Shown piece by piece: positions 8,917 through 18,337 of a DNA stretch of 32,000 bases. The notes under the pieces were generated by a model that worked only from the letters and a program-made list of their open reading frames with translations, was not told the DNA's origin and did not search any database. This DNA is from Candidatus Nitrosopumilus koreensis AR1 (GTDB lineage Archaea > Thermoproteota > Nitrososphaeria > Nitrososphaerales > Nitrosopumilaceae): assembly GCF_000299365.1 (NCBI RefSeq), contig NC_018655.1, forward strand, positions 180,001-212,000, given 5' to 3'. The translations under genes were made by a program, and so were the position numbers. Every line of letters starts with the position of its first letter. Position 1 is the first letter of the stretch.

Positions 8917-9519
8917 TTATTTTGACCAACCCTCTTTGGGAAATTTCATTCCAACAACTCTTGTGGTCATATCTTCCAAATCTGCAAATTTTTCAACCGT
9001 TTTCCAATCCTCTTCAATTACTTTGGCTATAGCTACTGGAACATCTTCTTTCCATGATGATTCTTTTCCAAGTGCCGCATTATACAATTTTTCTTTAACT
9101 GATGCTGCAGAAAGTGATTTTCTCTCTCCAACTCTTGGTTTTAATCTGTATATCTTTAGCATGTATCCTTCTGCTTTGTCTCCCGTGTATGAGAAAAAAT
9201 CTCCTTTGACTCCTCGTAGAATTTGTTTTCTTAGTTGCCATGATTTTGATGATAATAAAGGTGGCATGTATTTCTTGAATGGTGCAAAAAATGCATAATC
9301 ATCAGTAACTTGAATAGAATTTCCAAAAACTGATTCTAACATCTTTTTTCTAGTTTCAAAATTAAATGGAAAACTTTTACTATTGATCTCTTTTTCACCA
9401 TCTCTAAAAACAACAGGCATTACTTTAACAACATCTGCATCTTTTTTTAATTCCTCAATAATTTCTACATGAGCATTTGTTACAGGATTTAGATGTGCAA
9501 GATACAGTGCAGTAATCAA
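8917..9519 (-). CDS. Cytidylyltransferase/NMN adenylyltransferase-like nucleotidyltransferase
   Basis: N-terminal LYLAHLNPVTNAHVEIIEE resembles the HxGH nucleotidyltransferase motif; C-terminal RKSLSAASVKEKLY resembles the ISSTxVR region. Confidence 0.65.
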   Translation of the reverse strand: MITALYLAHLNPVTNAHVEIIEELKKDADVVKVMPVVFRDGEKEINSKSFPFNFETRKKMLESVFGNSIQVTDDYAFFAPFKKYMPPLLSSKSWQLRKQILRGVKGDFFSYTGDKAEGYMLKIYRLKPRVGERKSLSAASVKEKLYNAALGKESSWKEDVPVAIAKVIEEDWKTVEKFADLEDMTTRVVGMKFPKEGWSK

Positions 9520-9571
9520 TTAGATTAACTAAATAAATCTCATATTTCAATGATTGATTTTTTCAAAAATA

Positions 9572-10417
9572 TTATCCGTATGATTCGTATTTTACTTCAA
9601 AACTTCCATCTTCGCGTTTATCATGTTCAGTGACAAATCCCTTTGGTTTTAAGAAGTCCATCACACCATCAATGGTACCCTGCCATCCACAAACATAGAA
9701 TATTGTATTATCTTTGGTTATTTTGTCTCCAATTAATTCTTCTAATGGAGACATTCCACTATCTCTTGGTCTTAGGAATGTTTCAACTCTTCCAACTTGA
9801 CCTGCCCATGATCTGTTGAACCATTCTTGAGGTCTACTGATTGCTGCTCTGTACTTAAAATTCCATTCATCTTTACCTCTTCTAATACTCTCATTTTCTA
9901 ATTCAGTTAACAGATCTTTATAGCTTAATTCGTCAACATAACTGGCACCATGTAATACGACAATTTCTCGTTTATCTCCTGAATCATGTAGGTGTTGTGC
10001 AAAACTGACAAAAGGTGCAAGACCTGTTCCTCCACCAATGCAGATGATTCTTCTGTTGTCTTTTTCTCCATTTGGAAGTTCTTCATTAATCAATAATGCT
10101 CTTCCAGTTGGCTTTAGCCAAAGAATTTCATCTCCTTCTTTTGCATTAAATAGTTGTGTAGTTAATCGTCCTGGAAGTGGTTTTCTAACCCATCTAATTA
10201 CAAGCTCAATGTATTCTCTATTTTCTGGATGTGATGCAATTGAATATGCCCTTCTGACAATTTTTCCACCCTCTACAGGATTTGGTAATCCTAACGTAAT
10301 GAATTGACCAGCTTTATACTCTGGAACTGGACCTTCTTTTGGAACTAATCTAATAATTACAAGATCTTCTTTTAATAACTGAACATATGTGATAGTTGCT
10401 TTGTTATCTACTACCAT
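9572..10417 (-). CDS. Ferredoxin-NADP reductase-like FAD/NAD(P) oxidoreductase, copy 1
   Basis: RRAYSIASHPE (FAD), CIGGGTGLAPFVSFAQHL (NAD(P)), YVCGWQGTIDGVMD. Paralogous to 20661..21503. Confidence 0.88.
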   Translation of the reverse strand: MVVDNKATITYVQLLKEDLVIIRLVPKEGPVPEYKAGQFITLGLPNPVEGGKIVRRAYSIASHPENREYIELVIRWVRKPLPGRLTTQLFNAKEGDEILWLKPTGRALLINEELPNGEKDNRRIICIGGGTGLAPFVSFAQHLHDSGDKREIVVLHGASYVDELSYKDLLTELENESIRRGKDEWNFKYRAAISRPQEWFNRSWAGQVGRVETFLRPRDSGMSPLEELIGDKITKDNTIFYVCGWQGTIDGVMDFLKPKGFVTEHDKREDGSFEVKYESYG

Positions 10418-10522
10418 AACGATTCAATCATAATCTTGACGGTTAAATATATTGTGTTAATTTTATACATCTGTTTTCTAGAAACCGCTAAACGTTAATA
10501 ACCAATTTGAAAAATGTTATTG

Positions 10523-10538
10523 ATTCAGAATTCTGAAT
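10523..10538. promoter_or_regulatory. 16-bp perfect palindrome ending 2 nt before tRNA-Ala
   Basis: ATTCAGAATTCTGAAT. Confidence 0.45.
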
Positions 10539-10540
10539 AT

Positions 10541-10614
10541 GGGCCGGTCGTCTAGTCTGGTAGGATAGGTGCATGGCATGCATCGGATCAAGGGTTCAAA
10601 TCCCTTCCGGTCCA
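10541..10614 (+). tRNA. tRNA-Ala (anticodon GGC)
   Basis: Cloverleaf: acceptor GGGCCGG/CCGGTCC with G3:U70, anticodon arm GGTGC-ATGGCAT-GCATC, T arm AAGGG-TTCAAAT-CCCTT, discriminator A; CCA not encoded. Confidence 0.95.
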
Positions 10615-11154
10615 CTATTTCTTTTTTAATTCAGAAAGCATTTTCAACATTTCAGAATCTGCATCTTTAGAAATTTCTCTAATTCTTTCTTCAGAAATTG
10701 AAAATTTTAGATCAATTATCGCTTGTAATGCACTTTTTCTCACTTCTAAATTTGTATCCAAAACTGAATTCAAAAAAATATTTTTTGCTTCTTTAGCTTT
10801 TAGATATCCTAATGCTCCTATTGCACATGATTTTACCATTGAGCGTTCGTCGTTTGCAATCTTTATTATCTCAGGAATTGCTGATGTCTCATTTCTATTT
10901 GCTAATACTAGTGCTACAAAACCCCTAATGTTTTTACTGTAAGAATTCAAATTTTTAATTAAAAAATTTGTAATTTTATTTTTATTTAATACAAGTGAAC
11001 TAAATGCCTCTCCTCTTACTTGAATATCATCATCATCTAATTTTGAAATAATTTTTTCTAAAATTTCAGGATCATCTGTTTCATCTAAAGTTTCTAAAAT
11101 TTTGATTTTTTGTTGACTGTTTCCAGATTCTAAAACTTTTGAAATATTTTCCAA
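10615..11154 (-). CDS. HEAT-repeat protein
   Basis: Repeated helical units: LLETLDETDDPEILEKIISKLDDDDIQVRGEA, RNETSAIPEIIKIANDERSMVKSCAIGALGYLKAKEAKNIFLNSVLDTNLEVRKSAL. Confidence 0.78.
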   Translation of the reverse strand: MENISKVLESGNSQQKIKILETLDETDDPEILEKIISKLDDDDIQVRGEAFSSLVLNKNKITNFLIKNLNSYSKNIRGFVALVLANRNETSAIPEIIKIANDERSMVKSCAIGALGYLKAKEAKNIFLNSVLDTNLEVRKSALQAIIDLKFSISEERIREISKDADSEMLKMLSELKKK

Positions 11155-11332
11155 ATTCTAAATAAAATCCAATTTTCTAGTTAATAATGGTTCAATTTTT
11201 TCAAAAAAATTTCTTCATACTAGAAAAAACACTTTTAGCTTTAAATTATCCTTAAATAGCAAATTTTGCATGTCAACCGAAGCAAGAGACACCATATTCA
11301 TTGGTAAGAAACCATTGATGGCATATGTTACA

Positions 11333-12184
11333 TCAACGATACTTTTTTTCCATCTTTCTAAATTTAGAAAGTTCCACAAGATCATTAAACTGATCAAAAT
11401 TCACTACTTTGTTTTTGTATTTTGAAGTTGTTCCCGTCTTCTTTAATTCTTCAAGTATATTCATTGTAGCAAAAGTATTTGCAAACAATACTGATAATGG
11501 ATACAAAATTATGTTAAATCCCATTTTATGTAATTCATGAGCTGAACTAATTGGAGTTGCTCCTCCTTCAATCATGTTTGCAACAAGTGGTGCATTTATT
11601 GATTTTCCAATTTGTTTCATTTCTTTAATTGATCTTGGTGCTTCAACAAACACTGCATCTGCTCCTGTTTTTTTATTTTGTAATCCTCTTTCTATTGCAG
11701 CGTCAAGTCCTTCGGTTGCTCTTGCATCTGTTCTTGCAACAATTATGAAATCTTTACTTCCTCTTGCATCTATTGCAGCACCAAGTTTTTCAGTATATTC
11801 CTCTTGTGAAACAACTTCTTTTCCTTGCATGTGTCCACATCTCTTTGGCCATCTTTGGTCTTCTAGAAAAATTCCAGATGCTCCCGCAGATTCCAATTCT
11901 TTTACAAGTTTCCAAACACTAAGTGCATTACCATAACCCGTATCTGAATCCACTATTACTGGAACTTTAACTGCTCTACAAATTCTTCTAGCATTATCAA
12001 TGGTTTCAGTGGCTCCTATGAATCCATAATCTGGCATTCCAAAAAGAGTGGCTGATGTACCATATCCTGTTTGAAACATTGCATCAAATCCTACTTTTTC
12101 AGCAATCTTTGCACCAATTGCATCATATACCCCAGGAATGACTAGAGGCTTGTTAGATTTTAACATGCTACGTAAATTTTTCAT
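11333..12184 (-). CDS. Isocitrate lyase/PEP mutase family enzyme
   Basis: PGVYDAIGAKIAEKVGFDAMFQTGYG, VDSDTGYGN, GIFLEDQRWPKRCGHMQGK (KRCGH catalytic loop), ARTDARA. Confidence 0.88.
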   Translation of the reverse strand: MKNLRSMLKSNKPLVIPGVYDAIGAKIAEKVGFDAMFQTGYGTSATLFGMPDYGFIGATETIDNARRICRAVKVPVIVDSDTGYGNALSVWKLVKELESAGASGIFLEDQRWPKRCGHMQGKEVVSQEEYTEKLGAAIDARGSKDFIIVARTDARATEGLDAAIERGLQNKKTGADAVFVEAPRSIKEMKQIGKSINAPLVANMIEGGATPISSAHELHKMGFNIILYPLSVLFANTFATMNILEELKKTGTTSKYKNKVVNFDQFNDLVELSKFRKMEKKYR

Positions 12185-12479
12185 AAACTTGTTGCCTCTA
12201 TGAATTATTTATCATTTTAGAAAATCATTATGTCGATATTTTGTTTTAGTCTTTGTTTAAATCAAAATAATCCTCAAACTAACTAATCATTCCACATAAA
12301 ATTTGAGTTAATTCTGTATCTTTGGATAATGTTGTAACTGCAATCAATAGTCACATAAATCAAAAATTAATACTTTATTATAGATATAACTAGATCTATT
12401 TTCCTATTTTTGTTGAAAATATTTTGGACGTAACACAGGATTTAATTCAATTCTGTAGTTGCAATAATGATTAAAATTT

Positions 12480-12989
12480 TTATTCTATTTTGATCTCTTT
12501 GCCTTTCTTTTCCACATCTTTTGCATCAATTTTCTTTAGTTCTTCTTGAAGAAATTTTCTATATTTTTCAGTTTCCTCATTAGTCATGTTTGCAACATTT
12601 GAACTTAAAATTGCACCCATTGAAGATATTTTTTCAAGTACATCCATTGCTACAAATCTTCCAACATTTCCTAATCTAAAAAGAACATCTAATTGCTTTT
12701 TTACAATATCATTGACCTTGTCAACATCCTGAGCAGTTTCTGCACCTTTTTCTGTTAATTGATATTTTCCATCTTTTGTCTCTTGAATCAATCCTTCGTC
12801 TAACAGTCTGCCTAACAGAGGATAGATCAGACCTGGGGATGGTTTCCAAATTCCATTGCTTTGTTCTGCTGCATAATTGATGATTTCTTTTCCTGTGTGC
12901 TCTTTTTTCTTTAACAATTCTAGTATGAAATATCTTGAAAATCCTCTAGGGACTGAGCTCCCTACTCTTTGAAACCATTCTGAAATCAT
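12480..12989 (-). CDS. PadR-family transcriptional regulator
   Basis: Winged helix: YFILELLKKKEHTGKEIINYAAEQSNGIWKPSPGLIYPLLGRLLDEGLIQETKDGKYQLTEKG. ORF is open from 13067 but ATG 12989 (MISEWFQRVG) is a more likely start because the upstream codons cover the palindrome. Confidence 0.85.
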   Translation of the reverse strand: MISEWFQRVGSSVPRGFSRYFILELLKKKEHTGKEIINYAAEQSNGIWKPSPGLIYPLLGRLLDEGLIQETKDGKYQLTEKGAETAQDVDKVNDIVKKQLDVLFRLGNVGRFVAMDVLEKISSMGAILSSNVANMTNEETEKYRKFLQEELKKIDAKDVEKKGKEIKIE

Positions 12990-13011
12990 CACTAGTGATA
13001 TCACTAGTGAT
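12988..13011. promoter_or_regulatory. 24-bp tandem palindrome, candidate operator between padR and sdhA
   Basis: ATCACTAGTGAT repeated twice head to tail without spacing; each 12-mer and the whole 24-mer are perfect palindromes; TATATAT follows at 13011-13017. Confidence 0.7.
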
Positions 13012-13083
13012 ATATATGAATATTTTGGATCATTCCTAACAATTACTACATATTTATCTCGCCTCAAGCAAGTTTGTCTTAAA

Positions 13084-14796
13084 ATGGTCGATTCAATCGA
13101 GTTTGATTTGATAATTTGTGGTTCTGGATTAGCTGGCCTTAGAGCAGCAATTGCAGCTGCAAAAAAAGGACCGAATCTGAAAATCGGAATTGTTTCAAAA
13201 TTGCAGGTAATGCGATCTCATTCTGTTTCTGCAGAAGGTGGAACTGCTGCAGTCATTCAAGAAGATGCCGGAGATACAATTGAATCTCATGTTTATGATA
13301 CCGTAAAAGGTAGTGATTTTCTTGCAGACCAAGATGTTGCAGAAAGACTCTGTGTTGAAATGCCAAAAGAAATTCATCAATTAGAGCATTGGGGTATGCC
13401 TTGGTCTAGAAAAGAAGATGGGAGAATTGATCAACGTAATTTTGGTGGTTATAGTTTTCCTAGAGCGACTTATGCATCAGACAAAGTTGGTTTCTTTGAA
13501 ATGCAAACATTGTATGATACATGTCAAAAATTTGAAAATATTGAATATCTTAACGAATGGTTTGCAACATCTATAATTCATGATGGAAAAAAATTCATGG
13601 GTCTTACTGCAATTGAATTAGGTTCGGGAACATTTTACACAATTAAGGGAAAAGCCCTCATTATCGCAACTGGCGGTGCTGGAAGGCTGTATAGTTTTTC
13701 AACATATGCATTATCTTCAACTCCTGATGGTTTGGATATGGGCTTACGTGCTGGTATGGCACTCAAAGATATGGAATTTGTACAATTTCATCCAACAGGA
13801 ATTTTACCCTCTGGTATTTTGATTACTGAAGGTGCAAGAGGTGAAGGCGGTTATCTACTTAACAACAAAGGCGAACGTTTTATGAAAACTTATGCTGCTG
13901 GAAAAATGGAATTAGCTCCACGTGACATTGTATCAAGATCAATTATAACTGAGATTCAAGAAGGTCGTGGTTTCAAACATGAAACAGGAGTTGATTGTAT
14001 GAAACTTGATTTGCGACATATTGGAGATGAAAAGATTAAAGAAAAGTTAGGTGGAATCAGAGAAATTTCAATCAAGTTTTCTGGAATTGATCCTGCTCAA
14101 GAATTACTTGACATTAGACCTGTTTGTCATTACATGATGGGTGGACTTCATACTGATATTGATGGTGCAACAGAAATCCAAGGTGTTTGGGCAGCAGGTG
14201 AAGCCGCATGTAATAGCGTTCATGGTTCAAACAGATTAGGTGCAAACTCTACCTCTGAATGTATTGTTTGGGGTAAAATTACGGGCGAACTTGCGGCAGA
14301 TTATGCTATGAAAAACACCACTGCAGATCAATGGCCTCATCATTTAGTTGCAGCAGAAGAAAAGAGAATCTATGATGGAATATTTCGAGGAAATGGTGAT
14401 ACTAATCCATATGAAATTAGACAAGAATTAACTGATACTATGAATGAGAAAGCATATGTTTACAGAAACGAAACTGATCTTGTTGCAGGTCTTAAGAGAA
14501 TTAGAGAACTAAAAGCACAAACTTGGAAACATGTAGATGATAAAGCAAAAGAGTATAACACCAATTTTTCAAATGTGATGGAATTAGATTCTATGTTTAG
14601 AGTAGCTGAAATTGTTTTGCTTGGTGCAATTAATAGAAAAGAATCACGTGGTGCCCATGCAAGAACTGATTATACTAAAAGAGATGATGCAAACTTTTTA
14701 CATCACACACTTGCTTACTATGATCCAAACGAACCAATTATGAAGACATATCCAGTAACAATCACTAAGTATCAGCCTGTGGAGAGGAAGTATTAA
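13084..14796 (+). CDS. sdhA: Succinate dehydrogenase/fumarate reductase flavoprotein subunit
   Basis: IICGSGLAGLRAAIAAA, HSVSAEGGTAA (FAD attachment His region), EFVQFHPTG, GEAACNSVHGSNRLGANS. Confidence 0.96.
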   Translation: MVDSIEFDLIICGSGLAGLRAAIAAAKKGPNLKIGIVSKLQVMRSHSVSAEGGTAAVIQEDAGDTIESHVYDTVKGSDFLADQDVAERLCVEMPKEIHQLEHWGMPWSRKEDGRIDQRNFGGYSFPRATYASDKVGFFEMQTLYDTCQKFENIEYLNEWFATSIIHDGKKFMGLTAIELGSGTFYTIKGKALIIATGGAGRLYSFSTYALSSTPDGLDMGLRAGMALKDMEFVQFHPTGILPSGILITEGARGEGGYLLNNKGERFMKTYAAGKMELAPRDIVSRSIITEIQEGRGFKHETGVDCMKLDLRHIGDEKIKEKLGGIREISIKFSGIDPAQELLDIRPVCHYMMGGLHTDIDGATEIQGVWAAGEAACNSVHGSNRLGANSTSECIVWGKITGELAADYAMKNTTADQWPHHLVAAEEKRIYDGIFRGNGDTNPYEIRQELTDTMNEKAYVYRNETDLVAGLKRIRELKAQTWKHVDDKAKEYNTNFSNVMELDSMFRVAEIVLLGAINRKESRGAHARTDYTKRDDANFLHHTLAYYDPNEPIMKTYPVTITKYQPVERKY

Positions 14797-15227
14797 TGGC
14801 TCAAGACGAACATAAAGAAGGCATCAAAGGAATGGCTAATCCCTGTCGTTATGGAATCGAAAGAGTAGCTTACTGGTTAATGAGATTAAGCGGATTGGGA
14901 TTATTGGCATATTTTATAGGTCATATTTATGAAACTAGTAATATTTTACGAGGGCGAGTAGGATGGAATGAGTTTTTAGAATTAACTCAAACTACTGAGG
15001 GGCACATTATATTAGCAATTGTGATTGCGATGTGTGTATTTCATACTGTTAATGGAATTAGAGTAATGTTGGGGCATGGTGGAGTTGGTGTTGGAAAGCC
15101 ATCAAGACCTGATTATCCTTATGATCCAGCATCTCAAAACTATAGACACAAAATAGGAATCTATTCTGCAATAATTCTTGCTGCTGTTGCTATGATGTAC
15201 GGATTAGCCGTAATGTTTGGTGAATAA
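14796..15227 (+). CDS. sdhC: Succinate dehydrogenase cytochrome b556/membrane anchor subunit
   Basis: YGIERVAYWLMRLSGLGLLAYFIGHIYETSNI; three hydrophobic helices; operon position with 1-nt overlap to sdhA. Confidence 0.8.
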   Translation: MAQDEHKEGIKGMANPCRYGIERVAYWLMRLSGLGLLAYFIGHIYETSNILRGRVGWNEFLELTQTTEGHIILAIVIAMCVFHTVNGIRVMLGHGGVGVGKPSRPDYPYDPASQNYRHKIGIYSAIILAAVAMMYGLAVMFGE

Positions 15228-15228
15228 A

Positions 15229-15573
15229 ATGAGAGAAAGCACAATAATGAAAATCCACTATGGAACTGCTTTGGCAGCAGTTGCTTTGGTTGCAGTTCAC
15301 ATATTGATGCGTATGACTATGGGATTTGCTGACTCATTAGAATATGATACAGTTCTTGCAAATTACAAATTCATTCCTTACGCAATAATGTTAGAATTAA
15401 TCTTAGTATTGCTTTCAGTTCATGGATTTAATGGACTCAGAGTGATCTTGTTAGAACTTAAACAAGGACGTGTATATGAAAAAACAGTTTCTTATGGATG
15501 TCTTGCAGCCATGTTTGCCTTAATAGCATATGGTTCACGAACAATTATTATGACTAACATGGGGATGGTATAG
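15229..15573 (+). CDS. sdhD: Succinate dehydrogenase membrane anchor subunit
   Basis: Three hydrophobic helices with HxLMRMTMGF and LLSVHGFNGLRVILLE; ORF open from 15217, ATG at 15229. Confidence 0.72.
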   Translation: MRESTIMKIHYGTALAAVALVAVHILMRMTMGFADSLEYDTVLANYKFIPYAIMLELILVLLSVHGFNGLRVILLELKQGRVYEKTVSYGCLAAMFALIAYGSRTIIMTNMGMV

Positions 15574-15575
15574 AG

Positions 15576-16325
15576 ATGGCACAAGTTTCTAGTATTGCAG
15601 ATGAACAATCCTCAAAATCAATTACTCTTAGAATTGCAAGATATAATCCTAAAAAAGATAGCGAAAAACAATTCATGGAATTCACTGTTCCATATGAAAA
15701 ATGGACTACAGTACTTGAAGCAATTCTTGATGTAAAGAAACATTTTGATCATTCAGTTGCTGTTCGTTATTCATGCAGACAAGCAACATGTGGTTCATGT
15801 GGAATGATAATTAATGGAAAACCACGACTTGCATGCTTTACAAAAATTAGTGAACTTGATTCAAATGTTGTTACGGTTGAACCAATGAACAACTTTCCAA
15901 TTATTCGTGATTTAGCTGTAAAATTTGAAAGATTGTTTGATACTCATCATAAAATCAAACCATACCTAGTTAGAGATGACACTGAATTAGAATCTGATGC
16001 AAAAGAATTCATGCAATCTCCTGAGGAGTTAGAACAATACATCCAATTTGCAAATTGTATCAAATGTGGATTATGTAACTCTGCATGTCCTACTATGGCC
16101 ACTGACTCTTCATTTGTTGGTCCACAAGCTCTTGCTCAGGCATATCGCTATGTTGCAGATAGCAGAGATAAAGGAAAAGATTCCAGACTAAAAATTATCG
16201 ATGACTCTCATGGTATCTGGAGATGTCATTTTGCAGGCTCTTGCAGTCAGGTATGTCCAAAAGGTGTAGATCCCGCAATGGGGATTCAACTTCTTAGAGG
16301 ATATATGCTTGGTTTTAGAAGCTAA
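15576..16325 (+). CDS. sdhB: Succinate dehydrogenase iron-sulfur subunit
   Basis: [2Fe-2S] CRQATCGSCGMIINGKPRLAC; CIKCGLCNSACP; CSQVCPKGVDP. Confidence 0.95.
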   Translation: MAQVSSIADEQSSKSITLRIARYNPKKDSEKQFMEFTVPYEKWTTVLEAILDVKKHFDHSVAVRYSCRQATCGSCGMIINGKPRLACFTKISELDSNVVTVEPMNNFPIIRDLAVKFERLFDTHHKIKPYLVRDDTELESDAKEFMQSPEELEQYIQFANCIKCGLCNSACPTMATDSSFVGPQALAQAYRYVADSRDKGKDSRLKIIDDSHGIWRCHFAGSCSQVCPKGVDPAMGIQLLRGYMLGFRS

Positions 16326-16646
16326 CTAAGTTTTTTTTGGATTTGGGCTATTGTTTACTTGATTGTTGATCTGTTCTGCCATAAAGTGATTTGAGACATT
16401 TACCTTAACATCATCGACTCCGTCTACTTTCAAAAGATTGTCATGTATATCTTGACAAATTTTAAAACCAAATACTGCTGGACAGAATGGACTTGTTAAG
16501 TGCAAATCAACTTTAACATTGCTATCATTGATGTCTACCTCATCAATTAATTCTAGTTCTACAATTGATGTATTAATTTCTGGATCTACAATCTTTGACA
16601 ACTCATCGAAGAGTTTTACCCGAAGCTGTTTGATATCTTGACTCAT
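16326..16646 (-). CDS. MIP18/PaaD/SufT-like (DUF59) Fe-S assembly factor
   Basis: LFDELSKIVDPEINTSIVELELI...VKVDLHLTSPFCPA; likely start ATG 16646 inside the ORF open to 16679. Confidence 0.8.
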   Translation of the reverse strand: MSQDIKQLRVKLFDELSKIVDPEINTSIVELELIDEVDINDSNVKVDLHLTSPFCPAVFGFKICQDIHDNLLKVDGVDDVKVNVSNHFMAEQINNQVNNSPNPKKT

Positions 16647-16692
16647 GTGGGCAAAAGCGTCGATGCTATATATAACCATTCTAGAACCTTAG

Positions 16693-18159
16693 TTGATGTA
16701 TCGTTCTCGTCTTGGCAATGATTTGAGTGATATTACTTTAGATTATGTATCCTCAATTGACGATGATTCTACAATTGCTTTCTATGATATTCTTGGAAGT
16801 CAAGCTCATACATTGATGTTATATCAACAAAAGATTATTACAAAAAATGATGCAAAAAAAATTCTCTCTTCTCTTGAGAGCTTAAAAGATGAAACATTCG
16901 ATTCATCTTCAGGTGCTGAAGATATTCATGAACTAATTGAATCACTAGTGATCAAAAAAGCTGGGATGGCAAGTGGGGGTAAAATGCATACTGCAAGATC
17001 AAGAAACGACCAAGTTGTTTTAGATATTAGGATGAAGATTAGAGATGATATCAACATTATCTGTAATTACCTTTTAGACGCCATTGAAGCTCTTGTTTCT
17101 GTGGCTAAAAATCATCAAAAAACAATCATGCCTCTTTACACTCATCTTCAACAAGCTCAAGCAGGTCTGTTTTCTCATTACCTTCTTGCACATGCAGATG
17201 TTTTATCTAGGGATTTTCAGAGACTTTATGGAACTTTTGAAAGAATAAATCAAAGCCCACTTGGAGCCGGACCTGTTGGGGGAACAAGTATTCAGATTGA
17301 TAGAAATAGCACTGCCAAGATGTTGGGCTTTGATGGTGTAGTTGAAAATTCACTTGATGCAACCAGTACCCGTGATTTTGTAGCAGAATACATTTCAATG
17401 ATTGCAATTTTAATGACTAATCTAAGTAAGATTGCTGAAGATTTTGTTATATGGTCTACAACTGAATTTTCTTTTATTGAATTATCTGATGAATTTACAT
17501 CCCCTTCAAGTGTAATGCCTCAAAAGAAAAATCCTGATATTTTGGAATTAACTCGTGGAAAAACAGCCGAAGTAATTGGAAATCTTACTGCAATCCTATC
17601 TACTATCAAAGGATTGGCATCTGGTTACGGTCGTGATTTACAACAAATAAAATCTTCAATATGGTCTACCTCAAAAATTTCAATTAGTGCTTTGTTAATT
17701 TTCAAATCAATGCTTCTAACTTTGAAAGTTAATGAAAAACAAATGAAAAAAGTGACAGAATCAAGTAATCTTATTGCTTTAGATGTTGCAGAAAAATTAG
17801 TTCAAGAAGGAATTCCATTCCGTGAAACTCATAAAATTGCAGGCTCATTGGTTCAATTGGCACATGCCTCAAAAAAACCTCTTTCAAAACTAACTTCTTC
17901 TGACATCAAAAAATCTGTGACTGGCACAAAAGTTGATTCTAAACTGGTTTCAAAAATTCTCTCTTCTACAACTGTTGTCTCCTCACTTAAGGAACGAAAA
18001 TCTTTTGGTTCTTCAGGATATGATGAACAAAAAAGGATGATTTCTGACAGACTCAGTAAAATCAATGATTTTAGAACTAAAATCACTCATAGAGAAAACA
18101 AAATTAACTCTTCTCTTAATGATTTGAAAAAACAGATAGATGAAATAATTCAAAAATAA
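16693..18159 (+). CDS. argH: Argininosuccinate lyase
   Basis: GGKMHTARSRNDQV, THLQQAQ, SPLGAGPVGGTS, signature GSSVMPQKKNPD variant (SPSSVMPQKKNPDILELTRGK). Confidence 0.96.
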   Translation: MMYRSRLGNDLSDITLDYVSSIDDDSTIAFYDILGSQAHTLMLYQQKIITKNDAKKILSSLESLKDETFDSSSGAEDIHELIESLVIKKAGMASGGKMHTARSRNDQVVLDIRMKIRDDINIICNYLLDAIEALVSVAKNHQKTIMPLYTHLQQAQAGLFSHYLLAHADVLSRDFQRLYGTFERINQSPLGAGPVGGTSIQIDRNSTAKMLGFDGVVENSLDATSTRDFVAEYISMIAILMTNLSKIAEDFVIWSTTEFSFIELSDEFTSPSSVMPQKKNPDILELTRGKTAEVIGNLTAILSTIKGLASGYGRDLQQIKSSIWSTSKISISALLIFKSMLLTLKVNEKQMKKVTESSNLIALDVAEKLVQEGIPFRETHKIAGSLVQLAHASKKPLSKLTSSDIKKSVTGTKVDSKLVSKILSSTTVVSSLKERKSFGSSGYDEQKRMISDRLSKINDFRTKITHRENKINSSLNDLKKQIDEIIQK

Positions 18160-18168
18160 AAAAAGTAG

Positions 18169-18242
18169 CGGGTCTAAAGGGATTCGGACCCTTGACAACC
18201 GGATTAAAAGTCCGGTGCGCTACCTGGCTGCGCCATAGACCC
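18169..18242 (-). tRNA. tRNA-Lys (anticodon UUU)
   Basis: Minus strand GGGTCTA...TAGACCC acceptor, D arm GGCGCAGCCAGGTAGCGC, anticodon arm CCGGA-CTTTTAA-TCCGG, T arm AAGGG-TCCGAAT-CCCTT, discriminator G. Confidence 0.95.
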
Positions 18243-18337
18243 TCACAAAAAATGCTTTACGTGTATAATTTAGTCTTTTACAAAATTTTTTGTTGTGACA
18301 GAAACTTTTAATCTGGCAATTTGACTCAATGAACTTG

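Noticed and set aside
11215-11397. Possible C-terminal extension of the isocitrate-lyase-family protein via frameshift at the A7 run (T7 on plus, 11343-11349)
   Set aside because: The annotated end ...SKFRKMEKKYR* is a natural C-terminus for this family; the alternative frame adds about 40 aa with no recognisable family features.
18013-18198. Minus-strand ORF beginning MSRVRIPLDPLLFLFLNYF
   Set aside because: It begins inside tRNA-Lys (translated T-arm gives a typical RVRIPL artefact) and runs antisense to argH.
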